DNA of 64,000 nucleotides from Eledone cirrhosa (lineage: Eukaryota): contig OZ024756.1 of the NCBI GenBank assembly GCA_964016885.1, positions 9,362,001 through 9,426,000 of the forward strand. Reading direction: 5' to 3'. The position numbers and the translations under genes were made by a program. This document shows, one piece after another, positions 52,633-64,000 of the stretch. Position 1 is the first letter of the stretch, and every line of letters starts with the position of its first letter. The notes below the pieces were generated by a model, which saw only the letters and a list, made by a program, of their open reading frames with translations, was not told the DNA's origin and did no database searches.

Positions 52633-53945
52633 CGAGGTGTGTCCGAAAAGTTCCAGGACTGATGTTACAAAAGATTTATTTCAAATCCAAACTTCGCACT
52701 AAGAGTTTTCTCCTTCAAAGTAATCCCCCTGGAGTATGTAACTGTAATCTTAGCTCTTTGCAGCGATCAAACTTTTTTCTTCATAATTTTATATACATGT
52801 CCGCTGTTTCAGGTCGTCAAGCAATGAACGCAGAGCAACGAACGAACTTGAAGTTTCTGGTACGGTTGGGGAAAACTCCGTCAGAAGCACTAGGATTGCT
52901 GCAGTAAGTGTATGGAGATGAGACGATGTCACGCTCACGTGTTTTTGAGTGGTGCAAAAGGTTTAAAGAAGGACGCGAGGACATGGAAGATGACCCCAGG
53001 AGCGGAAGGCCCTCAACAACCAGGACTGAGGTCAACGTTGAGCGCGTCAGGCAGATGGTGCGTAGCGATCATCGGCTGCCTGTTCAACTGATGGCAAATG
53101 AGCTGGGCATGAATCGGGACAGCGTCTGGAAGATTCTCACTGAAGATTTGGACATGCGGAAACTCTGCGCGAAGATGGTACTAAAACTGCTGAACGATGA
53201 CCAGAAGGGTCGACGCATGCAAATGTGCCAGGACATCCTCGAGCGTCTTGAAACCGAACCAGACTTGCTAGGGACAGTCATCACCGGTGATGAGTCATGG
53301 ATCTTCGAGTACGATCCAGAAAGCAAACGCCAGAGCCTTCAGTGGAAGAGTCCGCCGTCGCCAAGGCCGAAGAAAGCACGACAGTCGAAGTCCAAAGTCA
53401 AGGTCATGTTGATCACATTCTTCGATGTGAGGGGGATCGTCCACTGCGAGTTATTGCCACAGGGCCAGACGATGAACCAACATGTCTACAAAGAGATACT
53501 GCAGCGTTTGCTTCGTTCAGTGCGCGAGAAGAGGCGAGAGTTCTGGCAGGACAACTCGTGGCTGCTTCACCATGACAACGCGCCTGCTCACAATGCCCTG
53601 AGCATCCGACAGTTCCTGGCCAAGAAGAACATCGCCGTGCTGGAGCAACCTCCCTACTCCCCCGATCTGGCTCCGTCTGATTTTTTCCTATTCCCCAAGC
53701 TCAAGGGGGTCATCAAGGGGACCCGTTTTGAAGACGTGGACGACATCAAAAAGGCTGTGACGACGGAACTGCGGAGGATCCCGGAAGAATCCTTACAGGA
53801 GTGCATGCAAGCGTGGCAGAAAAGGATGGAAAAGTGCATTAGACTCCAGGGGGATTACTTTGAAGGAGAAAACTCTTAGTGTGAAGATTGGGTTTGAAAT
53901 AAATCTTTTGTGACATCAGTCCTGGAACTTATCTGACACACCTCG
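52633..53945 (+). mobile_element. mariner (DD34D, irritans-like) DNA transposon, full length
   Basis: ~57-bp TIRs CGAGGTGTGTCCGAAAAGTTCCAGGACTGATG... / ...CATCAGTCCTGGAACTTATCTGACACACCTCG; TA on both sides. Confidence 0.95.
52824..53879 (+). pseudogene. mariner transposase with a single premature stop (TAA at 52905-52907)
   Basis: MNAEQRTNLKFLVRLGKT..LLQ*VYGDE..; RSGRP, TGDESW, HHDNAPAH, YSPDLAPSDF. Confidence 0.92.
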
Positions 53946-53994
<49 letters not shown>

Positions 53995-54082
53995 ATTTTC
54001 GTAGAAAAGGTAAAGGTAAGAAGAGTGCTCTATGTATAGTACAGAGCTATTTAATTATGTAATAAACAACACAATATAATTA

Positions 54083-54124
54083 TTCCATTACGCAAGGTTT
54101 CACGAAGTCGTTCGTCAGAAGGAA
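54083..54124 (-). ncRNA. Type I hammerhead ribozyme (family E-related)
   Basis: Minus: TTCCTT-CTGACGA-ACGACTTCGT-GAAA-CCTTGC-GTA^ATGGAA; downstream tail resembles that of 50394. Confidence 0.65.
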
Positions 54125-54241
54125 AATTCAATATGGATATTAGATATGAAATCAAAATCTATTATAAATGAAAGTGAGGCTGAAGTAAAATAAAATAACG
54201 TGAAAAATTATACACACAGAAGCAGAACGTAAAGTTAGGGG

Positions 54242-54299
<58 letters not shown>

Positions 54300-54410
54300 C
54301 TCCAGTTCCTCAGTGAATTAACAACCAAACAAGGAACTGGGCATATCAGAGTATTGACAATATTATACACCTAAACAACATATGTACTTGTCTATACCAT
54401 ACTAATTCAG

Positions 54411-54465
54411 ACTGCCTGAAGAGGTCACAGCCAAAGATGGCTGTCACTGAAATATATATAGCAGT
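54411..54465 (+). ncRNA. Type I hammerhead ribozyme (family D)
   Basis: ACTGC-CTGAAGA-GGTCACAGCC aaagat GGCTGTCACT-GAAA-TATATATA^GCAGT; element 54297-54510 matches 35740-35957. Confidence 0.85.
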
Positions 54466-54854
54466 AATAAACTAAGCTAAATTTTAATCATTTGACTTTT
54501 ATTTAACTTTATTATATATATAAATATAAATATATATATATATATGTGCGTGTGTGTGTGTGTGTAAATATATATATATACATACATACATAGGCACACT
54601 TATCTGAGTATGTAAGTCCACACACATATACATACGACGTTCATATACATGATTAAAGCCATATACATATAGACACATGGAAAAGATGTCGAAGTTAACT
54701 TTACCTTTCATCCTTACGGTGTCGATAAAATAAAGTACCAGTAATGTACTGGGGTTGATTTAATCGACTCCCTCCCCCCTCATCTCACCTCACCTTCAAA
54801 AATTACTGGCCTTGTGCCTAAAGTAGAAACAATTAAATATAGATACATGAGGAA

Positions 54855-55068
54855 CGATCGACTTTCGTCAAATCAGACCGAGGGAACAATGTTTCCGTTG
54901 GTCTTTCCAATTGCTAATACTATCTATCGGTCGCAACTCCAGGTAGAAGGAGCAACGTGAAATAAAGTGCCTTGCTCAAGGACATAACGCATCGCCTGGT
55001 CCAGGAATCAAACTCACACCCTTACGATTGCGAATCCAATTCTCTAACCACTCAGCCACACGCCTTCA
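54855..55068 (-). mobile_element. OR-like CORE SINE
   Basis: Near-identical to 25778-25990. Confidence 0.78.
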
Positions 55069-55316
55069 TACATAGATACTTATATTCGTGTAAGTGTTAT
55101 TGGTTGGTCTTAAAATAAACTAGACTCAATATTTATCATATCCAGATGGTGGAATTTATGTTGAACGTTTCATTTAAAGTCGTATAGAAGTGTATCTGAG
55201 TAGAATATTACATTACACACTAATCTAAGATAAATAGAGTAACAAGTAGCATAACCACTGTATGAGGTCTATTGGGACCAATTGTACAGTGAGGATTGAA
55301 TTTAGAAATAGTACGT

Positions 55317-55382
<66 letters not shown>

Positions 55383-55716
55383 GCGTGTGTGTGTGTGTGT
55401 GCATATATATGTACACACTCACACACAGATATATATAGTGGTTAGAGAGCGTCGGCCTTACAATCGTGAAGTTGTCAGTTCGATTCTCCGACCGGGCTTT
55501 GTGAGCGGGATTTTAGAGCTATCTAAACCCACTCTGCATCTCCTCATACATTGAGTTCTCCCATGATTAGTGGTCTCCTCGGCCTCATCACTCTCTCCCC
55601 CTCTCCCTCTCCCCCTCTCCCTCTCTCCCTCTCTCTCTCTCTCTCCATATATATATATTATGAAATACTGTTGGCTTCATGCTCACAATAATTTCTATAC
55701 TTTCATTTATATATAT

Positions 55717-55780
<64 letters not shown>

Positions 55781-55785
<5 letters not shown>

Positions 55786-56562
55786 AATGAATATATGATA
55801 GGGATAAACACTGATACAAATATACATGTGTTCGCATTGCAAATGACCAAGCTAGCTAGATTGAAAAATGCTAATTAAAATAATACGGTTTGCCTGTCTC
55901 GATTTAAAATAATAAATCAATAAAAACAAACCTATATTGGCAAAAGCCGTGATACCTGGACAAATTTAAATTTCAAATTTCAAATTTGTTTCGCAACAAT
56001 TAAGTGAAAGTTCCTATTTCTGTGCTCTTCTGCTGGTATCCAGGCTATTTGAGTTTATAACTCTATATATAATATTATCGGCTCCATACGTAGAGCTATT
56101 TTTAGTCCCATAAAACCGGCTGCTATTTTTAGCGGCACGAGTATAGGACGTGCTAGACACTGTGACACATGTGCGTTAAAAAACACATTTCTCTCAGTCT
56201 TCTTAAGTATTTTGAAGTGAAACTTACCAATTTCTGGATACCTGCAGAAGAGCAGAGGAATAGGAACTCACTTAATTGTTGCGAAACAAATTTGAAATTT
56301 GAAGTTTAAATTTGTCCAGGTATCACGGCTTTTGCCAATATAGGTTTGTTTTTATTGATTTATTATTTTAAATCGAGACAGGCAAACCGTATTATTTTAA
56401 TTAGTATTTTTCAATTTAGCTAACTTGATCATTTGCAATGCGAACACATGTATACTTGTATCAGTGTTTATCCCTATCATATATTCATTTGTATTACACG
56501 GCTCGGAAATATTCCTCTCTTTGAGCTATTTAATTGTAAAAGACTATTTGAATTTATAACTC

Positions 56563-56570
<8 letters not shown>
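55781..56570. mobile_element. Palindromic hammerhead element (arms ~260 bp; 499-bp direct-repeat period)
   Basis: 55781-56044 is inverted to 56234-56493; CTATTTGA(G/A)TTTATAACTCTATATA at 56045 and 56544. Confidence 0.8.
56237..56324 (+). ncRNA. Hammerhead-like ribozyme with variant core CAGAAGA
   Basis: GATACCTG-CAGAAGA-GCA...TGC-GAAA-CAAATTTGAA..TTTAAATTT-GTC^CAGGTATC; inverted copy 55951-56040. Confidence 0.7.
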
Positions 56571-56656
<86 letters not shown>

Positions 56657-56737
56657 TTATATATAAACTCAAATAGTCTTTTACATTTATAGAAATTATT
56701 GTGAGCATGAAGCCAACAGTATTTCATAATATATATA

Positions 56738-56807
<70 letters not shown>

Positions 56808-57001
56808 GAGAGAGAGAGAGAGTCTGAAGTGCTGAGACCGAGGAGACCACTAATCATGGGAGAACTCAGTATATAAAGTAGACCTTGACGGGATTTGAAC
56901 TCACAGAGTAGAGAGCCAAAACGAATACCACAAAGCATTCTATGCGACGTTCTAACACTCCGCCAATGCACCGCCATCACACACCCACACATACCCCCAC
57001 C

Positions 57002-57064
<63 letters not shown>

Positions 57065-57198
57065 GGGTGTGTATGATTGTGTATAGAAGATTATATTAAT
57101 AAGAGGAATTCCATTAATGTGTGGTGACAGTCAAGTTTGCAATTTTCAACTGTGGAGAATATTACACAGTTGAACATTGCAAACATCACCACACATTA

Positions 57199-57237
57199 TG
57201 AACCTGAAGATTGCGAAAGCATGAAAGTACTTGTTCA
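57199..57237 (+). ncRNA. Compact type I hammerhead ribozyme
   Basis: TGAAC-CTGAAGA-T-TGC gaaa GCA-T-GAAA-GTA-CTT^GTTCA; host element 57091-57356 has inverted ends. Confidence 0.85.
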
Positions 57238-57349
57238 ATTAACACTTAACATTTAATATTCTATCATACTATTTCATTATAATACCATTATAAATTTTAA
57301 AGGATTGTAAATAAAACGAGTAAATCAGACAAAGTTGGAATTCCTCTTA

Positions 57350-57390
<41 letters not shown>

Positions 57391-57403
57391 TGTCTATAGA
57401 CTG

Positions 57404-57443
<40 letters not shown>

Positions 57444-57509
57444 CAGTCTATAGACAGTCTATAGACAAGAACCCAGACTTCATTCGCTTAACGAGTGGGG
57501 TGGAGCTCG

Positions 57510-57710
57510 TCAAATCGGACCGAGGAAACAATGTTTCCGCTGGTTTTTCCAATTGTTAATACTATCCGTCGATCGCAACTCCAGGTAGAAGGAGCAACGT
57601 GAAATAAAGTGTCTTGCTCAAGGACATAACGCATCATGTGGTCCGGGAATTGAAATCACAACCTCTCGATTTCGAATCCAATTCTCTAGCCACTCAGCCT
57701 CGCGCCTTCA
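57510..57710 (-). mobile_element. OR-like CORE SINE
   Basis: Family consensus. Confidence 0.75.
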
Positions 57711-57851
57711 CAATACCGCCTCCCCATATATATATAGTAGTAAGGGTGTAATTGGATTGCCAAGATGAGCACTCGAGCTGATCGGCGCTGAAACATATGT
57801 AATATGTGATTAAATATGTATATGATGCAACACTGATTCTTTGTTTCCTAT

Positions 57852-57887
<36 letters not shown>

Positions 57888-57927
57888 CGTATATACTCAT
57901 ATACGTGTATATAATATATATATTATG

Positions 57928-57978
<51 letters not shown>

Positions 57979-57998
57979 TATATATATACATATATATA

Positions 57999-58200
<202 letters not shown>

Positions 58201-58208
58201 GTATATAC

Positions 58209-58242
<34 letters not shown>

Positions 58243-58385
58243 ATACTTGTTTCTACTTTTGGCACAAGGCCAGCAATTACCGAGTGCATTACTGGTATTT
58301 TATTTTATCGACCCCGTAAGGATGAAAGGCAAAGTTAACCTCGGCGGGATTTGAACTCAGAAAGGCAAGAGCCGTAACTCTATGA
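58243..58385 (-). mobile_element. OK-like SINE, partial
   Basis: Family consensus. Confidence 0.75.
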
Positions 58386-58523
58386 TACTATTTATAGTTA
58401 TGTATATACTATAAACAACTATAAACAAGAAAAGTCAGTAATTTATTACTACCTTATTACCAGTAAGAGAAATAGCTCAATGTAAGAACATCAGGTGTTT
58501 TACAGAGCAGGAAGGCATTAATT

Positions 58524-60419
58524 ATGGCCTTGAACAATAGTGACCTGACTAGATCCCAAATTGATGTCTTCCTTGCGGCCCGAAAAACCATAATTACATT
58601 TGAAGATCAATTATGGACCCGCAAGGATACACATAACAACTTTGACATAACTATGGGATCTAGTGACTCGGCGCAGGTCACTGATTTGGTGGGCCTATAT
58701 CTACTAAATGAAATTCATAAGAACCTACCGTACCTAAATGGTGGCTTATACCGCGATGATGCACTACTCCTTATAGACTATAACAAATTAAATATAGAAA
58801 GAACTAGGAAACAATTACATAACATTTTCAAAAATTTCAACTTAAGTATCACCTTAGATAAAAACACTAAAAACGTTAACTTCCTTGGTGCTACCCTTTG
58901 CCTAGACTCTAAAATATATAAACCCTTTCATAAACCAAACGAAAAACTAATTTTTGTGGATACCAACTCTATCTATCTATCTAAGGCGGGTAAAATTCCC
59001 GAGATCCATGGACGAGTTCTCTCCAGCGGTCTCTGTCCCTCATTATCGCTGCCATATCCCGCATCTCCAACAGACCAGTGTCTGTCCTTAGGGCATCAAC
59101 ATATGTTAACCTTGGTCTTCCTCTTCTAGTGTGTCCATGTAGGGGCTCCCAAAGGAGCACTGAGTGCAATGTCAACTCTGGATGTCGGTGAGCATGTCCA
59201 GCCAACCTCAGTCTCCTCTGTGTCACTTTTGAGCTAACCACCCTAAATCCATATTAAACTCAATTACTAAAGGAATATCTAATAGAATCTCTAATCTATC
59301 ATTTAACGAAACGATATTTAACAATAATTCACAATACTATAATGAGGCCTTAGCTAAATCAGGCCATAAAAATGAGATTGAATTTCTACCTATAAAATCA
59401 CATAGTTACAACATTATTTCTCACAATATGGCCATGAGAAAAATAATAAAAGTACTAGCCACTGTAACTCTAAGACGAAGGGTAATATCAAACTTAACTC
59501 GTACCAAAATAAACACCACAATAATAATATAAACAGAAATACAAATACCTAAAAAAACATTACAAAAAACAAAAATAGAAGAACTAATACATTCTTCAAT
59601 CCCCCTTTCAATATAAACGTCTCTACCAACTTGCCTGAGGCTTTCTTCTCAATACTAGAAAAACACTTCACAACCGGCCACAAGTACCATAATCTTATCA
59701 ATAAAAATACCATTAAAATCCCTTACTCTACCACACCTAACATCGCATACCATATAGCTAGTAGTAATAAAAGGAAGATTAATAATTATTTCCAACTAAT
59801 TAAAACACAACAGGGAGTAAACTTACAGAACAGCATGGTACCTGTAAATCCTAGTAGCAATAATAATAATGGTAATAGCACTAATGAAATCAATAACAAT
59901 AGGAACGACAACCATCATTACCCTAATGCTATCCCTAGCAACCAGACTGCTACACAACATAGTAACCGGCAAGCAAACAACTAGAATAACTGTAACTGTA
60001 GAACAAATAGAACTTGCCCCTTAGGTAAAAATTGCTTAATCAAAGACATCATTTACTCATGCACGGTCAACACAAACAACTCTTCTAAAACATATATTGG
60101 CTCAACTTCGAACTGCTTCAAGACGAGATACAACTCACACCTCCACTCTTTCAAAAATCCCAATCTAACCAACTCCACTTCTTTATCTAGTTACATACAC
60201 TCTCTTAAAACTAGGAATAGACCATATACACTTCAATGGGAAGTAGTAGGTAGGGCCGCATCGTATAAACCACCGATTAAATTGTGTAACCTCTGTCTTC
60301 TAGAGACCCGTACTATAATCTTTTCGAAACTAGACCTCCTAAATAGAAAATCAGAGGTCTTTTCCTCATGCCAGCACCACTACCGACACTCGTTCCATAA
60401 CTTTAAACCTAGCTGCTAG
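58524..60419 (+). pseudogene. PLE reverse transcriptase-GIY-YIG ORF, disrupted
   Basis: Interrupted by an RTE insertion (58971-59233), stops and frameshifts. Confidence 0.85.
58971..59233 (-). mobile_element. RTE-clade LINE 3' fragment with (GATA)n tail, nested in the PLE
   Basis: RRLRLAGHAHRHPE..VLLWEP..RRGRPRLTYVDALRTDTG..MRDRDRWRE; removing it restores PLE D-T-N-S-N-H-P. Confidence 0.85.
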
Positions 60420-61672
60420 TATATAACAATGTCAGATTTGAATTCGTAACCACCATTAACACTTCACCTCTAGGACTTATCAGCCCCCACAGCATCACAA
60501 TCTTTGATCAGCTCTTTCCTCTACAAAAGTCCTATTTATCTCAAACCTTATACTCTACAATAAATATTAAAAATAAACATAAAGTTACCACCTTTTAATA
60601 TAACTACTATAGCTTACTTATATTATATACATATATGTAGAAACATTTAATGTAATATGTGATAATACATTATATATATATTTATAATTAAATATATAAA
60701 TTAATAGCATTGTATATAAGGGATTAACTTTTAACATAATATAATGTATATTAATAACACAAGAGATTTAACTAATTGGACATGTAAACAGCTATACATT
60801 TTTCCATAACTTATATCTTGTCCAGTAATGGATAGATAACAATGTAATGTGACCTTTAATGTATCATAGGAAAATAGACTGTATTTAAAATTAAATATAA
60901 ATAAATAACATTATATAGAAGGGATTCACTTGTAGCACAATATAATGTATATTAGAGCAAAGAATTTAAATAATTGATACTTTCCTATATAATTTAATTT
61001 AATTTAACTAGCTAGTTACCTCTCCTTACGCATTAGCTCCCCTTAATTTTGGATCTCATACTCACTTCCGGAAATTAAACCGTTAGAAAAACTCGCTGTA
61101 GAACAACTCTAATCCAGGGATAAGAATACAATAAGACCAATTTACAATCCATTGCTGTAACTAACTAAAAACATTCAATATAAACATTAACTAAAATATA
61201 ATTTAACATATGTAATGGAAAAGATAATAATAACTTTGATACTCTCAACACATACACAATCATCACATTACATCCACCATAATTTTAATACACTAACACC
61301 TTTGCTTGATATGCTTGTATACCTGTGTTATTTTATGTGATACTTTTGCCATACAGTATTTATTTATGCCTAATACCTTTGCTTGTTTCCTTCATATATA
61401 TGACTAACGCATGTGCACTCTCTACACGCTTGCATATGTACTGCTAGTGTCCTCATTCTTCCTCAATGCCTCTTTAATTATTAGACTATTGCCTTGTATT
61501 ATCTGTCGCATGTATTCCACTCTATGCTTTTAATTTTAATTTGAATTATTGTACAATTTTCGTATAATATATGTCGCATCCATTCCGCCATGTAAATACG
61601 AAACTGTTATATATGTATCTATATGATTGTTCAGTAGAATAGGAGGTTAATTATATGTACAAACATTGCTAA

Positions 61673-61719
61673 TGCTCCGATGACTCCAAACGAAAGTTTG
61701 GAAGAAACGATTGTCAGCA
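61673..61719 (+). ncRNA. Hammerhead ribozyme of the PLE 3' end, core CCGATGA (probably decayed)
   Basis: TGCT-CCGATGA-C-TCCAAAC gaaa GTTTGGA-A-GAAA-CGATT-GTC^AGCA. Confidence 0.7.
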
Positions 61720-61755
61720 ATAAAATGATTTGAACATAACTTTGATAATTGTGTA

Positions 61756-61834
<79 letters not shown>

Positions 61835-61838
<4 letters not shown>

Positions 61839-62011
61839 CAAAAGGGATATTCAAATTGTTGGTAATTCAACAAATATAAATGTTTATAACTGATTAAGAG
61901 CACTCGACAGTTTTCTGGAGTATAATATTCAATGATATTAAATAAATGGAAACTATATTTAGAATAAATATGGTTTTGTAAATATAGTTTCCATTTATTT
62001 AATATCATTGA

Positions 62012-62016
<5 letters not shown>
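61835..62016. repeat. ~180-bp (TA)n-embedded element duplicated at 63117-63297
   Basis: Near-identical direct copies. Confidence 0.8.
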
Positions 62017-62098
<82 letters not shown>

Positions 62099-62282
62099 TA
62101 ATACAATAACAGAGATAGTTTAAAGCTAAACTCTGACTGGTAACCATCTCACTCAACAAACATTAGGTTATATTAAAATATAAACCCAATTTAAGTGTTT
62201 GGGGTGCTAACAATATGTATAATGTGGAAAAACCAGTTGTATTATTTTATGAGATATAATTAAAGTTAAAGTATATCTCTCT

Positions 62283-62408
62283 TTCCAAACAATTGTTTCA
62301 TTATAAGTTTTCTACAAGTTTGGGAGAATGTTTCCAGTTTATGTAGAAGCCTAATATATATTCATGTAAGAATATATTTAGGTGGGCACTTATAAATCAT
62401 CAGTGGAA
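62283..62408 (-). ncRNA. Type I hammerhead ribozyme with a large stem II insert
   Basis: Minus: TTCCA-CTGATGA-T-TTATAAG...CTTATAA-T-GAAA-CAATT-GTT^TGGAA; palindromic ACAATTGT. Confidence 0.7.
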
Positions 62409-63292
62409 GCCCATTAAACATTGATATAAGAAAACAATTTCTTACCGCTGTCAAAAATCATGTCCGTAAAGTTGCTCTCTCTCACCTCGAATGACCGCCA
62501 AATTTGAAATTCCAGCAGTTTTTGACTGAGGAAGTATCATAGCGACACGAAGCGGGAAGAGGAGACAACCCACGATCCACGAAATGAGGAAAAAAAATAA
62601 TATACACGCGGGTTAATTAGTTTTTTTGAAAACATTATAAATCCAACGTGTTTAAGAACTCAATTGAAAATAAAAAAATAAATATAGGCTTGTATAAATT
62701 ACACACGCATATAGATATTTTCTTAGGCTAAATCAGAAGTTGTACCCGAATAAGAACCGCTTCTCATAACCTCAGTAAATGCAGAAAGTTATGCTATAAA
62801 GGGCAAATGGGAATATAATTCTCCGGCTGAATTATTAAGAGTAAAATATAAAACACACGCGGGTTAATTAGTTATTCCAAAACCAATATTAATTCCTCGT
62901 GTAAAGAACTCAATTAATAAAAGAAAATAAATACATATATGCATGTAATTATATACGTAGGCATATATATAATTTTCCTAGGCTAAAAAACAGAGAAGTT
63001 ACAACCAAAAAAAGCCACAATATTTCACAACAGTAATAAATACGGAAAGTCAAATTCATAAGGTACCTGGAAATAAACACCTCTGGCCAATCAAGAGTAA
63101 ATATTTATATATATATAAGCAAAAGGGATATTCAAATTGTTGGTAATTCAACAAATATAAATGTTTATAACTGGTTAAGAGCACTCGACAGTTTTCTGGA
63201 GTATAATATTCAATGATATTAAATAAATGGAAACTATATTTAGAATAAATATGGTTTTGTAAATATAGTTTCCATTTATTTAATATCATTGA

Positions 63293-63361
<69 letters not shown>

Positions 63362-63363
<2 letters not shown>

Positions 63364-63842
63364 CAACTAGAAAAGAAATTGATTAACATATAAATAAAGA
63401 TATGAAACAATCACAGGGGATAATTTTTACAAGTGTGTAAACACACACAGCTAGGTAGGTAACTAAATAAAGTTAACTAGAACTTCAAAAATAGATACCT
63501 TATAATATGATTAATCTTCCCTGAATATATTCCATTAAAGAAATATATTTCACCAATTAATCGAATGGTAAACCACGGATGCCGATACTTGGATTTTCAA
63601 CAAGGAAGAAGTCCGGCTGTCTGTGTTTACGCATTAAGTTCAAATCAGCGACTGGCCAGTAACACGTGTTGTATCTACTAAAAATACACACATTATACCA
63701 GCTTCGTCCCAGTTGTTATAAAATGCTCGGACCTATTCATTAGAATCTTGGAGCTTATTTTACGGGTGATATGGCGCATGCTTTGTGGCATGACACCCAT
63801 AATTTTTATTTAGATTAAATTCATTTTGATTTATCTTAATTT

Positions 63843-63845
<3 letters not shown>
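63362..63845. mobile_element. (TA)n-embedded element related to 42830-43292, with inversion
   Basis: Shared blocks (AATCACAGG.GATAAT, TGACACCC.CAATTT..ATCTTAATTTTG); possible decayed hammerhead stem I TCTTCCTTG/CAGGGAAGA. Confidence 0.55.
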
Positions 63846-63880
<35 letters not shown>

Positions 63881-64000
63881 TTATTCCGGTGGCAAACATC
63901 TCAATATGTATGTTGTCTGTGAGTATGTGTACACATCTACACATCTACACATCTACACATCTACATATCTACACATCTACATACCTACTTATAACACATA

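Larger units (their letters stand above)
58510..61760 (+). mobile_element. Penelope-like retroelement (Naiad-type), 5'-truncated: RT + GIY-YIG + long 3' region ending in a hammerhead and (TA)n
   Basis: FDITMGSSDSAQVTDLVGLYLL..GLYRDD..VNFLG..YKPFHKP..NSNHP; CNCR..CPL..C..IIYSC..YIGST..FKTRYNSH..CNLCLLE..LLNRKSE..CQH, stop at 60417-60419. Confidence 0.88.

Noticed and set aside
55436-55500. tRNA gene
   Set aside because: Has A/B-box-like motifs but no complete acceptor stem; best read as a SINE head, as are the other tRNA-like segments.
57388-57456. Short palindrome around (AT)n resembling a MITE
   Set aside because: Arms of about 20 bp around a self-complementary microsatellite; more simply a local fold-back duplication.
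59985-60419. Selenocysteine (in-frame TGA) recoding reported for some Naiad PLEs
   Set aside because: The conserved Cys positions in both GIY-YIG fragments are TGT/TGC; the upstream stop at 59982-59984 is TAG.

Overview
Gene-free, repeat-saturated animal genomic DNA, most likely from an octopod cephalopod (inferred from abundant (TA)n/(CA)n/(GA)n microsatellites and two tRNA-derived SINE families resembling octopus OK and OR/CORE SINEs). I find no host protein-coding gene, and most ORFs in the track are microsatellite artefacts. Recognisable elements: (i) three Tx1/L1-clade non-LTR retrotransposons. One is near-intact (27934-33736, minus; open 1145-aa APE-RT-CCHC ORF2, 11-bp TSD), and all three abut (TCTA)n/(TCTG)n tracts. 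(ii) A near-intact DD34D mariner (52633-53945). (iii) Merlin, hAT-like and MITE remnants. (iv) Two Penelope-like (Naiad-type) remnants, one RT+GIY-YIG and one GIY-YIG only. (v) RTE fragments. (vi) Three satellites, one built from a SINE CORE-like segment. The most striking signal is non-coding: about 20-25 type I hammerhead ribozyme (HHR) motifs from roughly a dozen unrelated short elements. Nearly all sit in (TA)n tracts, and many are arranged as inverted duplications and/or tandem 430-660-nt monomers. At 43330-44662 two same-strand hammerheads flank an exact 476-nt monomer, the architecture expected of a Penelope-mobilised, circRNA-producing retrozyme. All folds were paired by eye and all coordinates hand-counted; ribozyme activity, expression and novelty are untested.
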